Assembly: GCA_035084275.1 (NCBI GenBank)
Contig: CM068747.1
Coordinates: 21,762,001 to 21,826,000 of the forward strand
Source: Hydrolagus colliei
Taxonomy: Eukaryota
Direction of reading: 5' to 3'
Length of the DNA: 64,000 bases
Of this stretch, positions 1 through 10,901 are shown in pieces. The translations under genes and the position numbers were made by a program. Below the pieces are notes generated by a model. It saw nothing but the letters and a program-made list of their open reading frames with translations, did not search any database and was not told the origin of the DNA. Numbering within the stretch: the first letter of the stretch is position 1; each line of letters starts with the position of its first letter.

Positions 1-116
1 TTTCTTCCTAGGAGACACGCAAATGCTTTAAATCACATTGCTCAATCTGTATCCAGCAGATTGAAAAAGCATCAATATTCAGTCCTTGATATTTTAGGAA
101 ATTTGTAATGAGTTAC

Positions 117-225
117 CTTTGCTGACTTTCTGAGCAACCACTACAGGTCTAAATAGTTCATTCAGCTCTTGGAGCTCTTTCTTTTTATCATCTTTCTTCG
201 ATTTTTTGTCTTCACCTGGAAGGAC
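117..225 (-). CDS. ZC3H15: ZC3H15 coding exon 3 (gene continues beyond position 1)
   Basis: Acceptor TTTTGTTTAG|GTC. The 109 nt encode [36 protein letters not shown]+G (human ..[28 protein letters not shown]). Donor AAAG|GTAACT, phase 1. The CCCH fingers lie in exons outside the window. Confidence 0.95.
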
Positions 226-271
226 CTAAACAAAAGAATGTAAATAATCTCACTTAATTTAATGTAAATGA

Positions 272-325
272 AACATAGAAATCTATAGCACAGAAAGTCA
301 TTCACCCAATCAGGTCCACAATGGG
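272..325 (-). mobile_element. CR1 LINE 3' end relic
   Basis: CATAGAAATCTATAGCACAGAA...CATTCACCCAATC resembles the CR1 3' end at 17445-17490. Confidence 0.5.
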
Positions 326-471
326 TCATGGAGCAGACTTTACTTGGCTGTTCTAAGACGTAAAACCAATCATCTCACTATTTTAGAGTACACGGGACGA
401 TCGTTTTGCAGGTTGGTATTTTGACTCCATCAAATGCCCGTTTGCTTGATATAATCCATGCTCAAAAGATC

Positions 472-735
472 CTGAAGCTGAATGGTTAGAGCACTCGCCT
501 TGCAAGTGAGAGGACCTGGGTTCGATTCCCGGCAGGGTGAAATATTGAGCAACATTCCTTGCTCCACACACTTCTGTTTACCTGGCAGCAAGTAGGAACC
601 CGGATGTTCGTCAATTAATAATTTTGTCACTCAATCCACGACTGTTTGTGGGTGTTGTCTCGCCCACGGAAAATACCCTTTTAGCGTATATTCTTTGAAG
701 TGTTTTGAATAGTCTCGAAGATGCGATATTATTAT
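472..735 (+). mobile_element. tRNA-derived SINE (long subfamily), in ZC3H15 intron 2
   Basis: A-box-like AGCTGAATGG, B box GGTTCGATTCC, CAATCCACGACTGTTTGTGGG core and a degenerate L2-type tail ending (ATT)n. Confidence 0.85.
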
Positions 736-1094
736 CATGACTGATGACGATACTGCATGTGTGCACAGAATGCCACCAGCTGCTCACACTGTACAGCATT
801 TGAAGCAGAAAGATTAGATGTGTGGTATGACAATGGGATTTAAGTGCAACAATGCAATTTTGATTTTCAAATAACAAAATGGCAAGGTCCACAAGCTAAT
901 CATAAGCCAACCTCCATAAGCTAATCATGTTGTAAGTCGACCTCCATTTCCGACCCTTGTAAACGCTTCGTTGACAATTCAGATTTACAAATAATGTGAT
1001 ACTGTTAAATATGTGCCATAGACAGAGCAACATTACCAATGTTCTTGAAGCGCAACACGTTAACTACAAGACTTGAATACTTAGTTTGCAGTAC

Positions 1095-1196
1095 ATTTTT
1101 TGCACCGGTCTGTCCGTATTTGACTTGGTTTGTGACGGTTTTGATGAACTTTTGCTGTTTTGCTCCCTTTTTGTTTTTCAAGCCAAAGGTTTTATC
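1095..1196 (-). CDS. ZC3H15: ZC3H15 coding exon 2
   Basis: Acceptor TTCTTCTAG|GAT. The 102 nt encode [34 protein letters not shown] (human [34 protein letters not shown]). The donor AAT|GTACTG is weak but phase 0 and joins exon 3 in frame. Confidence 0.93.
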
Positions 1197-2483
1197 CTAG
1201 AAGAACAAGAAGTCAACATGAGAAGATTGGACAAAAGAAAATAATAATCGTTAATAATCACTTTTATATTCCATTAGCTGTAACCGTTCTAGCTTTGCTT
1301 GTAGCCAAAGGATCCAATATAGATTGTATTGTAGATTGACACACATATTTTGTCTTTATCCATATTCGGCTGGGAGGATTCCTTTGGGAAGGAGGCCTTT
1401 AATATAATTTCTCTCAGTTCCAGCCCACATCTGAAGCCGTAAAGCATCTGGAGGCGTAAAATACTAAATTTCACCTAAAGTTAACCCTAATAGCTGAACT
1501 CTTCACCATGTGTTTAATAACTGCAGGCAGAATAGTCACAGCACGGCTAAATGTACAATGTATGTGAAAGAAGACTCAATGGACTGTTTGGGTTCTCTCA
1601 TTCTTTCTTTTATGCTGTTGGTGTTATAAACTTAAGTAAAATTTAATTTTTGGACAAATTTGTATTCAAAACTGTTTGGATAAAATGAAAAATCCACATC
1701 TTTCTTATTTAAATGTACACCAGTCTACATCAAGTTGAAAAACTAATTTCCCCCTCACCACCATCTTTCATCTTCAGACTAATTATTTATTCTATAGTCC
1801 TCATGACGAATTAATGTTTTACCAATGAACACAATCCCAACTAGTATTTTACTCGAGTATCACAGGCTCAAATGCATATACCATGTGTAACAACAACAAA
1901 ATTATACTTGTATGGTGCCTTTCACGTCAGGAGGATATAAAAACTTTGTGTAAGAACCAAAACTGGTAAGAATTCAAATGTACAATGATGAAGCATCCAT
2001 TACTTTGCATACCCATTTGTTCCAGTATAAAGTATTACCGATGAGTAAAAATTAGAAGACAAATGTAACACAAATTTGTGCGAATGATTTATCCATTCCA
2101 ATTAGTGTGGATTATGTTGTGGAACTGTGCTCCTAACATTCAAACCTGGACAGCTTTATTCAAACCGCTGATAAAACTATACCAAAGATACTCATAATGC
2201 AGCCTGTGGCCTTCTATACATTTAATGTTCCTTGGGTTTCTTCGTTTCACTTTAGGAATATCCAAAAGCATGATCCAGTAAACAAATTTGATTGAATTAC
2301 AATGAGGCCTATAATCCTCACCATGCCCCGATGAAGCTCCTGTCTTCCTGCTGTACGTCCAGCTAGGACATCCCACCTGTTAAGAGCTTTGGCGTGCAGG
2401 GTTACCAGGAGACAAGTAGGAAGAGTCCCTGTCCCTCCAATGACTGATCTGCTCAGTCAACATCAGTATCTGACCAGTGGCGT

Positions 2484-4480
2484 TCTGTAGCTGAGTGGTA
2501 AGAGCACTCGCCTCGCAAGGGAGAGAACTGGGCTTGATTCCCGCCAAGGAAAATTGTTTGATCATGTGGTCTTACTCCACATGCTTGTTTACCTAGCGGC
2601 AACTACAACAACAACTTTGATTTATATAGCGCCCTCCACGCCGGACGGCGTCTCAGAGCGCTTCACAATAGTGGATCCCGGGACCAAGCCAGGGGGAGGG
2701 GTAGAAAGGTGACCAAAGGCGCGGTCGAAGAGAAAGGTCTTCAGCTGGGACCTGAGAATGAGAAAAGAGGGAGCAAGACGAAGGTAGTGAGGAAAGGAAT
2801 TCCAGAGCCTTGGGGCATAGTGGCTGAAGGCCCGGCCACTGAGGGTGGAGGATTTGGGGGACATGGAGGAGGCCAGATCCAGTGGAGTGAAGACAACGGG
2901 AGCTGGTTTGAGAAGAGAGGTCAGAGAGATAAGGGGATGCAGAGGAGTGGAGGGATTTGAAAACAAGGGTGAGGATCTTGAAGTCGATCCTCTTGGGGAT
3001 AGGGAGCCAGTGAAGTCTGGCAAGGACTGGGGTAATGGGGGAGCGAAGTTTGGTGCAGGTGAGTATCCGGGCAGCAGAGTTTTGGATGAGTTGGATTTTA
3101 TGGATTGTGGTGGAGGGGAGACCAGCGAGGAGGGCATTTGAATAGTTCTACTGCAAGGTGACAAAGGCATGGACCAAGGTTTCAGCGGATTTTGGGGTGA
3201 GGTATTGCCGGAGACGGGCGATCCATCGGAGGTGGAAGAAGGCGGTCTTGGTGAGGGACTGGAAGTGGGGGAGAAAGGACAGTTGGGGGTTGAACCTGAC
3301 GCCAAGGTTACGCACAGGTTCGGAGAGTTTCAGGGGGAGACCGGGAAGGTGGAGGAGGTGAGAGCCATGTGAATGGAGACGTTGACGAGAGCTCAAGAGT
3401 ATGGCCTCCGTCTTGTCAACATTCAGCTGCAAGAAATTTGCGCTCATCCAGCTCCTGATGTCTGACAGGCAGCTGACAGAACATCAGGGGACTGGGGGTC
3501 GCAAAGTGAAGTGGAGAAATAGAGTTGGGTGTCATCCGCGTACATGTGGAAGTGTGCCCCATGTGTGCGGATGACATCCCCAAGAGGGAGCGTATAGATG
3601 AGGAAGAGGAGGGGGGCAAGGATGGATCCCTGGGGTACCCCACAGGGTAAGAGTGGGAGGAAAAGCCGTTTGTGGAGATGCACTGCTGGCGGTTTGTGAG
3701 GTAGGACTCGAACCAGGTGAGTGCGTCCCACTGAGGTGGATGACGGAGGACAGGCGGTGGAGGAGGATGGCGTGGTCGACTGTGTCGAACACAGCTGACA
3801 GATCCAGGAGGATAAGGAGGCAAATAGAGAGGACGTCGTTTGTGACTTTCATAAGCGCAGTCTCTGTACTGTGGACAGGATGGAAACCGGACTGGAGGGG
3901 TTCGAAGAGGGAGTGGGAGGAGGTGGGCGCGGAGTTGGTTGGCAACAACGCATTCCGGTGCTTTTGAAAGGAAGGGCAGGTTAGAAATAGGACGGTAGTG
4001 GCTAGGGTTTAAGGGATCTAGGAAAGGTTTCTTAAGGAGGGGGGTGATGGCAGCAGTTTTGAGGGGGCAGGGACTGATCCCGTGGAGAGGGACTGATTGG
4101 TGGTATCAGCCAGCAGTGGGCAGAGGAGGGGGAGCTGGGTGAGCAGTAGGTTAGTGGGGATGGGGTCGAGGCAGCAGGTGTCGAGGCAGCGGCAAGTAGC
4201 AATCTGGTTCTTAGTCATTAGTCGGATTGTCTTCTGAGGGTAAGAATGCCTTCAAGATAATAATAATTTGGTAACTTAATCCACAACTGTTTGTGGGACA
4301 CTGCTGTGCACAATTGGCTGCTGCTTTACCCACAAATAACTTGGGACGCCCTCCCGACGTGTAAGGCACTATACAAATGTAGTTTTATTATTGTTGTTTA
4401 AAGCATATTCCGTGAAGCGCTCTAACGAGACTCTACCAGATGTGATACGGCGCTATCTCAAATGCAAGGATTACTTAATT
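2484..4480 (+). mobile_element. tRNA-derived SINE split by an L2 insertion (5' part 2484-2602, 3' part 4196-4480)
   Basis: The tRNA-like head at 2484-2545 continues after the L2 with the GTTTGTGGGACACTGCTGTGCACAATTGGCTGC core and GGCGCTATCTCAAATGCAAGGATTA tail. A second short L2-type tail is inserted at ~4341-4396. Confidence 0.85.
2603..4187 (-). mobile_element. L2-clade LINE, 5'-truncated, frameshifted RT
   Basis: Minus-strand ORF pieces carry RT motifs ([74 protein letters not shown]). The 3' tail ends (TTG)n. 8-bp TSD AGCGGCAA at 2595-2602 and 4188-4195. Confidence 0.95.
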
Positions 4481-5401
4481 ATCCTGGAATACCGCGTACC
4501 TTGCCTGGCTCAGGAACCGGACAACCGAGATCACCACTGCGGCTGGCTCGATTCTGACATTCTGTTACCCATCGAGTCACCTTGGGGGTCAATTCAACTC
4601 CAAAGGGAGACCCCACTGAACTCCCCTCCCTCCTCCCCAAGCAGGATACCCGAGGCGCAGACAGACGGGAAGAGGAGTCCAGCTGACAGGGAAGGAGTCC
4701 AAAGGTCAACCTCATAAATTTAAATAATGATATTAATATCAACCATGATTAGGGACGTCAAGTGTTCGTCACGCTTTAACTCCATTTTAAAACGAGTTTT
4801 AAACAGCACGTGTGTGTGTGTTGCCCATAATCTCATACAGACGAAGAAGAACATAAAATAAAGCAGCTGCTTTACTTTTCGCAGTCACGCCATCAGCATA
4901 AAATCATGTGGCGGCGGCTGTAACTCGGCAGTGAGTGAGCGGTCACAGCGCTACCATTTTGTGTGTGTGTTGGGAGGGGGGAGGAGAGCGGGACCCCCAC
5001 TCATACCCTACCCCCCGGGAGTCGGTGGGATCAGGCAGACACAGCGTCCACACAGAGTCACAGTGAGAGAGTTAACGTTGCATTTCAGGTCAATGATCCC
5101 ACTCATCAAACTCGTCACCTGGAGAGCCGGGGTCTGGGGCCCGAGAGAGAGAGAGAGAGAGAGACATGAGAGAGAGAGCGAGGGGAGACCGGGAACGGCG
5201 CAGCCTCGGGCGGGTCCCCTCCCTCCAACAACTCAGGGGACACCAGGCGTGTCAGAGGCCGCCATTATTCAGGGAGAGGCGGGAAGCGAGAGGGTCGGGG
5301 CCTGTGTTGTCTCTGTCTGTCTGTCTGTCTCTCTCTCCCGGCGCCGGTCTCAACTCAACGGCCCAAAGCCGCCGCTTTCTTTCCTTTCCTCGCCCGCTCA
5401 C

Positions 5402-5473
5402 CTCTATGATCTTCTCTTTCTTCTTCTGCTCGATCTTCTTGCTGGGCTGGCTGGAGGTTTTCTTGGGGGGCAT
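5402..5473 (-). CDS. ZC3H15: ZC3H15 (zinc finger CCCH domain protein 15 / DFRP1) coding exon 1
   Basis: ATG at 5473. The 72 nt encode [24 protein letters not shown], matching the vertebrate ZC3H15 N-terminus (human [25 protein letters not shown]). The exon ends at the donor GAG|GTGAGC, phase 0, and lies in a CpG-rich region. Confidence 0.96.
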
Positions 5474-5503
5474 GGCCCTGACTGACTGCCTCTCGCCGCC
5501 GCC

Positions 5504-5513
5504 ACCGGAAGTG
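5504..5513 (+). promoter_or_regulatory. ETS/GABP consensus site ACCGGAAGTG
   Basis: Perfect class I ETS motif ~30-40 bp upstream of the ATG, typical of housekeeping promoters. Confidence 0.65.
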
Positions 5514-5567
5514 CGCTGTCCGCCCGCGCGCGGGCTTCTGGGTAAACGTGGGTTGGACCTGCGCTGC

Positions 5568-5581
5568 GTCACCCTGGCAAC
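5568..5581. promoter_or_regulatory. RFX X-box-like site GTCACCCTGGCAAC
   Basis: Close match to GTTRCCATGGYAAC in a proximal promoter position. Confidence 0.5.
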
Positions 5582-5594
5582 CGCGAGTGTGCGT

Positions 5595-6290
5595 AACAGG
5601 GAGTGAGCGAGCGTGTGGCTGAGTGTGAGTAACAGAGAGTGTAACAAAGAGTGTGAGTAATAGGGAGTGTAATAAAGCGAGTGTGAGTAATAGAGTAAGT
5701 GTGTGGGTGAGTGAGTAATAGAGTGTAATAAAGAGAGTGAGTAATAGAGAGTGAGTGTGTGGGTGTGAGTAATGGAGAGTGTAATCAAGAGTGTGAGTAA
5801 TGGAGAGTAATAGTGTAACAGCGTCTGTCTAACAGATAGTGTGAGTGATAGTGTGTAATAGAGAGAGTGTGATAGGCAGTGNNNNNNNNNNNNNNNNNNN
5901 NNNNNNNNNNNNNNNNNNNNNNNNNNNNNNNNNNNNNNNNNNNNNNNNNNNNNNNNNNNNNNNNNNNNNNNNNNNNNNNNNNNNNNNNNNNNNNNNNNNN
6001 NNNNNNNNNNNNNTAATAGGAAGAATGATAGAGAGAGAGTGTGATTGACAAGTGTGCAATAGAGAGAGTGTAAAAGAATGAGTGTATGTGATGGGCAGTT
6101 TGTAATACAGTATATACAGAGTGATATAGAGAGAGTGTGACAGGCAGTGTGTAATAAATAGAGAGAGTGCGATTGATAGAGTGTGTGGTAGTCAGTGTGT
6201 AATGGAGAGTGTGACAGACAGTGTGTGTAATAGAGAGAGTGTATGATAGATAGTGTGTAAATAGAGAGAGCGTGTAATAGGGAGAGAGGA
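5595..6290. repeat. Degenerate C-poor GA/GT minisatellite (GAGTGTGAGTAATA / GAGAGTGTAATA units), interrupted by an assembly gap
   Basis: Many variants of GAGTGTGAGTAATAG and GTGTAATAGAGAGAGTGTG, with N-run at 5882-6013. Confidence 0.85.
5882..6013. other. Assembly gap (132 N)
   Basis: Run of N. Confidence 1.
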
Positions 6291-6735
6291 CAACCAGCAC
6301 CTGGAAGAGTTTACCAGGGATGATGGCAACAGCAGACCACTTAGCTCATTTAAGAAATAACTTAAAACTAGAACAAGAAGACTTTTAGGTGGCTTTTTCT
6401 GAAAACATACCATCAAATGGGTCAGAGTGCCTTCATCATGTCACCCGTTGTAGGACTATGAGATTGTAACTCTCCCAAGCAACAAATATGCTTGGAAACA
6501 GTCCACTTGTTGGTAAATGCATTGATATCTGAGGGGAGAGCGAATATTCTCTACTTGGCGGAACATTTACGAGCAATTCTATTGTAAATTCATACCATCA
6601 AATGTCCATTATGGTTATTTTTGGTGACCGGTAAACATTACTATCCAGTCACTGTAAAATAAGTCCAATATAAGTAAAATAAGTCCCAGTTTCATTCCAG
6701 TCCATAGTCCATTACTGTGCAATTTATTGGGTCTA

Positions 6736-6749
6736 CCACAAGGTGGCAG
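6736..6749 (+). promoter_or_regulatory. CTCF-like motif CCACAAGGTGGCAG
   Basis: One mismatch to the CTCF core CCASYAGRKGGCRS, ~1.2 kb upstream of ZC3H15. Motif match only. Confidence 0.4.
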
Positions 6750-7849
6750 AAAGAGATAATATTTACAGATATTACTATGGTATTGAGCTACAGTACTCTA
6801 GAGTACTGTATTTGCCTTTAAATCTATTTTAAAGATTTTCAGCTGTTACGCAATGGTATAATTGAAGGCTGATTGTGCTGAATATCTGGTCGCTATAAAC
6901 CCAACTTCCTTAATTTTTTTTAGCATTTAATCAAAGTGGTTTGTGTATTTAGTTATAATAATAATAATCCTTGCATTAGTTATAGTGCTTTATCACATCA
7001 CAAAGACATTTCAAAGGGATTTACAAGATATGGATTGACTATAATATGCGCGTGAAAGAGTTGACATTTAAAAGTTTAGTGTAAGACATGTTCCAAAATT
7101 AATTCATCTAACTTTCAAGCCTGCCTGCAGAACCACCTGCAGAGCTGATTACAGATGTAAGTTGATGCAGATGACTTTAATACAACTGAACCCTATGAAA
7201 CATTGATGTAAGTTTTCCCCTTCCCACTGGATCACAATATCTTAAAGGTTTTTTAAAAAAATAAGATTGGTGACAGTATAAATGTGGTAGACCTGTACTC
7301 CCTTGCAGTATTGCATAACAGGATTTTTTTTTCCAAAGACCAAGTGTTATCTTGTGGTGTGCTTATATTGCAAATGCTGCGTTGATTCCCTAGGTTGCTG
7401 CATCAAATCCTAAAGGTGTATAACAACTGGTATAAGGTGGATGAGTTAGCATTGATTTGATTTGTAGCGAGGCTCATGAAATCTTCCACAGGAGTTGATT
7501 TTTAGATTTGAATTGATTACCCAGCTGCAGTAAAGCTGCAGTCTGACTGCAAATGGTGTAAAGACAACTTTTAAAAAGAAAACTTTTTCTGTGTGGCCTT
7601 TGGGATTTGGATTTAAAGTTCTCAGTGTAACTGCAGAAGTGTTTGCAATTGCATCTCTTTAGAATTAAAAACAAAATGACCAGCATTCTTCTTATGTGAT
7701 TAGTGGTTCACTTTACTTGGTCCTGCTTACCTGTTCATATGGACGTTAAAGATTCCATGCACAAAATGTTTAACATTGTTCTGCAGCTATGTACCTCAGG
7801 TGCTGACAATATTGACCTCTCCAGTTTCTCACTCCAACTCACAGAGCAT

Positions 7850-8095
7850 GTGGCACCTCCAATAACTCTTTATCTGCTTCATGACCCTTGCACAGTCTAC
7901 CTCTCAATTGGTGGACTTGCTTTCAGCTTTTATGTTGCTTGCATCCTCTGGAACTCTTTCCAAATTCTTCCATCTTTCCTTCTACCTCTCAGCTTTCAAA
8001 ATCCACATAAAACCCTCTCTCTTTGTACCTTTGGCTCCCACTCAGATGTTCTTCCTACAGGAAAGGCACTGTATAAGTGAAAATTCTTGTTGTTA
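7850..8095 (+). mobile_element. Old L2 3' fragment
   Basis: GGTGGACTTGCTTTCAGC..CTCTGGAACTC..AAAACCCTCTCTCTTT..GAAAGGCACTGTATAAGTG..TTGTTG resembles the L2 3' ends elsewhere in the window. Confidence 0.6.
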
Positions 8096-9871
8096 CAAGC
8101 TATGATTTTAAAATGTGCTTACTGTTTTCTACTGAGGAACACTTTCTTCATCTAATACAGTACTGTAACATGAATTTGATCAAATTTCATGACTTAGGAG
8201 ACAACATTGGGAAATCAAATTTCAAGCCATGTTTTTATCAGATGTCCCAGATAAGCAAGCGTTTCTTTTCCCATTTACTTGTTACTTGCTGGGTGAATGA
8301 TTGAACGATTCATTCGATTGAACATTTAGAAAATAGGTTTGCTTTCCTTTTGATTCAGCGCACTCAAAGATTTGTGTGTGACCGCACGTTGAATCTGTGC
8401 CACTTTTATTTGTCATTTTTCAGCAATTATCTGGGCAAAGAAATCAGAAGACCAGAGAACTTCAATGGGGGTGTAATACAACTTGATCCAAAGCAAGGGT
8501 GTGTTAGTAAACTTCTTTATTTGTCAATCCAAACATTCAATAATCCACCATTTTAAACTGCACACTTTTTTCTCTCTCCCAGTGTCCTTCTTATGGGTCG
8601 TTTTGTTCATTGTCAATTTACTCTTACAAGAGTATCCAACATGGGCAACAGGATGACCGATTTTTTACAGAGTCCTGCTAGCACACCTTGAACGGTGTAC
8701 CTGTTCCAGACATCCTGATTCCCTTACGGATACAGTAGTTACCAATTGGAATTGATGACTTCAGTAATGCAAACTCCTCCACAGCTCTCACATGGCTACC
8801 ATGCCAGAACTGTCAGTTTGACACCGATGGACCTCTCTGGCAAACAGCTGACTGCAAACTCTGGCAAGCGTATCACACACATCGCTGGATATTCAACTCA
8901 AGTCTTGTGGGATTTAAAGCAATGACCACAGAGGTATGAGGCAGCTGTTTTTAAGTGATGCTCCAGTGAGCCATGATATTTTAAGTTTGTTTACCATTAT
9001 AGAACATACTGCACAATCTGCTAATAATAACAACAGAAAGATATGCGACATGAAACAATATTGTAAGAGATGCCTGCAGGTTGTACGGGATTTTGGTTCT
9101 GCGTGGAACATTAATTGAAATGTTAACATTGGCAAAAGGCAAATTTGGTCAAATCATTCCTTTATTGAATAGATGTATGGCAATTTGAAAAGTGTCTCTA
9201 CTCTGCTAATTAACAAGAAAAAATAGACCCAGTGAGTCATGTATTATGGGAAAAGATGAGGCTCAAACATTGTGCGACATTTTACGTATTTCTAACTAAT
9301 TTACTGAAATTATAGTGATGAGTGTTTTTTAAAAAAAAACCTGGAGCATTCAAAAGAGCAAGAGATGAAATTGACATTTTAAATAGCAATGATGTAAACC
9401 AATTATCTACAAATGCAGTAATTTTACCTTTTGATATGATTAATCCAAATAGCATAACGTTTCTGTAATTTCCTGCAAAAAATTAAAATAAAATGTTGCT
9501 TGTGGTTAATAGCTGGTAGGTTGTAGCATCTAGCTCAGAGGAATGTATTTAATCTTTTTAATATTAATAAGACCCAAGGGTTTATCCAACACAATGTTCC
9601 TTTCAGTAGCAATGTCTAATATTTCAAGCAGAATAAGACATTAGCTATGACATCATCACTCAAAGCACATAAATAGAAAACCACCATCCTTGCAAATACA
9701 GTAGTTTAATTGTGCAGGTCAGTTTTTTTGTTCTACTGGTAAAATGGCACTTGGGAATATGTTTAATGAGCACAATTTACTAGGAAATGAGAAAAACAAT
9801 CCACTTGATTTTTAATAGAAATGATGGAGAATTCTGAGTTTGACATTTTGACTCTGATACAGTCAATATAT

Positions 9872-10250
9872 GGAGTCCTGTAGCATATTGGTTAGAGTAC
9901 GCAAGCAAAGAGGTTCTGGGTTTGATTCCCAGGCAAAACAAAACATTAGGCAAATTTCCTTACTCCACATGCCTCAGTTTATCTAGCAATAAATAGGAAC
10001 CTGGTTGTTAGTTGATCTGCAGATTGTTCTTTGAAAATAATAATACTGTAATTTGTTCACTCAATCCATGACTGTTTGTGGGACTCTGCTGTGTACATTT
10101 GCCTGCCACATTTTGTCAACAAAATATACATTCAATTCCCTTTACAATATATTCTGTTACGCTCTTTGAGATGGCCCGAAGAAGTGACAAGGTGCTATAT
10201 TAAATGCAAGGATTATATTAATATTATATTAATTATATTAATATAATAAT
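9872..10250 (+). mobile_element. tRNA-derived SINE (long subfamily)
   Basis: GGAGTCCTGTAGC head, GGTTTGATTCC B box, TTCCTTACTCCACATGCC, Deu-like core and AGGTGCTATATTAAATGCAAGGATTA tail. Confidence 0.88.
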
Positions 10251-10738
10251 ATGTTCAAATATTTCAATGTTCATTTTGATACAAATATAATTGTTGTTAT
10301 TGTTGTAATAAAAGCCAACAAAAATGTTTAGAGTGCATTTTTAGTTTGAACAATACCAGTGTATTTGTTTAATTGAAAACCATACATCAGTCATTCATTT
10401 TGAGATGAGAATTAAGACAAGTGCAGTATTGTGTTAAAGGCACATGCATAGTAGTCTTGGAGTCCAGAGGAATTATTGAATTAATTTGTCATTCAAATAT
10501 TATTGGGTCCTTTTTGAAGTTTTCATATTCATAGCAGATGATTGAATGCTCTCTTTGTTTGGTGAAAGCATTCAATCTTTTTTAATTGAATGTGTTTTAA
10601 CTAGCTGTCACTTCAGCTCTCAGCTTTTTTCGGGGATAAATGTTATTTTTGGAAATACATTTGGAAACTATTTCAAGTTCTTTCAAAGAACATTTGAAGC
10701 AAATAGTTTTGATTTATATATTATCTATTACAATAATT

Positions 10739-10900
10739 ATAAAAGCCCGTTTATCTGTGACCCAATCAACCATAACTTCCGTTTAACTGGCACCGCAAAA
10801 AAAGCTCGCATTCGATTAACTGGAATTTATCCGGAAAAATGCATTTTTTTTAAATGTAATTGTTAAAAATGTAATTGCATTTTTGGCTGAATATCCGGCA
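10739..10900 (-). mobile_element. Tigger-like (TcMar) MITE end fragment, same family as 41560-42813
   Basis: AAAAGCCCGTTTATCTGTGACCCAATCAACCATAACTTCC is the near-exact reverse complement of ~42770-42810. Confidence 0.75.
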
Positions 10901-10901
10901 C

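Larger units (their letters stand above)
4880..5600 (-). promoter_or_regulatory. CpG island / ZC3H15 promoter and first exon
   Basis: High GC and dense CpG (e.g. CGCCGCCGCC, CGCCCGCGCGCGGG) around the start codon, against a CpG-depleted AT-rich background. No TATA box seen. Confidence 0.8.

Noticed and set aside
891-947. Small duplications (also 45399-45432 and 51042-51061)
   Set aside because: Short local slippage repeats with no sign of function.
2622-4218. Cluster of overlapping ORFs as host genes or an intact reverse transcriptase
   Set aside because: They are frameshifted L2 ORF2 pieces and their antisense shadows. There is no endonuclease domain or ORF1, so the element is not autonomous.
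5252-5788. 178-aa ORF as the ZC3H15 first exon
   Set aside because: Only 5402-5473 matches ZC3H15. The upstream part is translated minisatellite and the downstream part reads through the GT donor.
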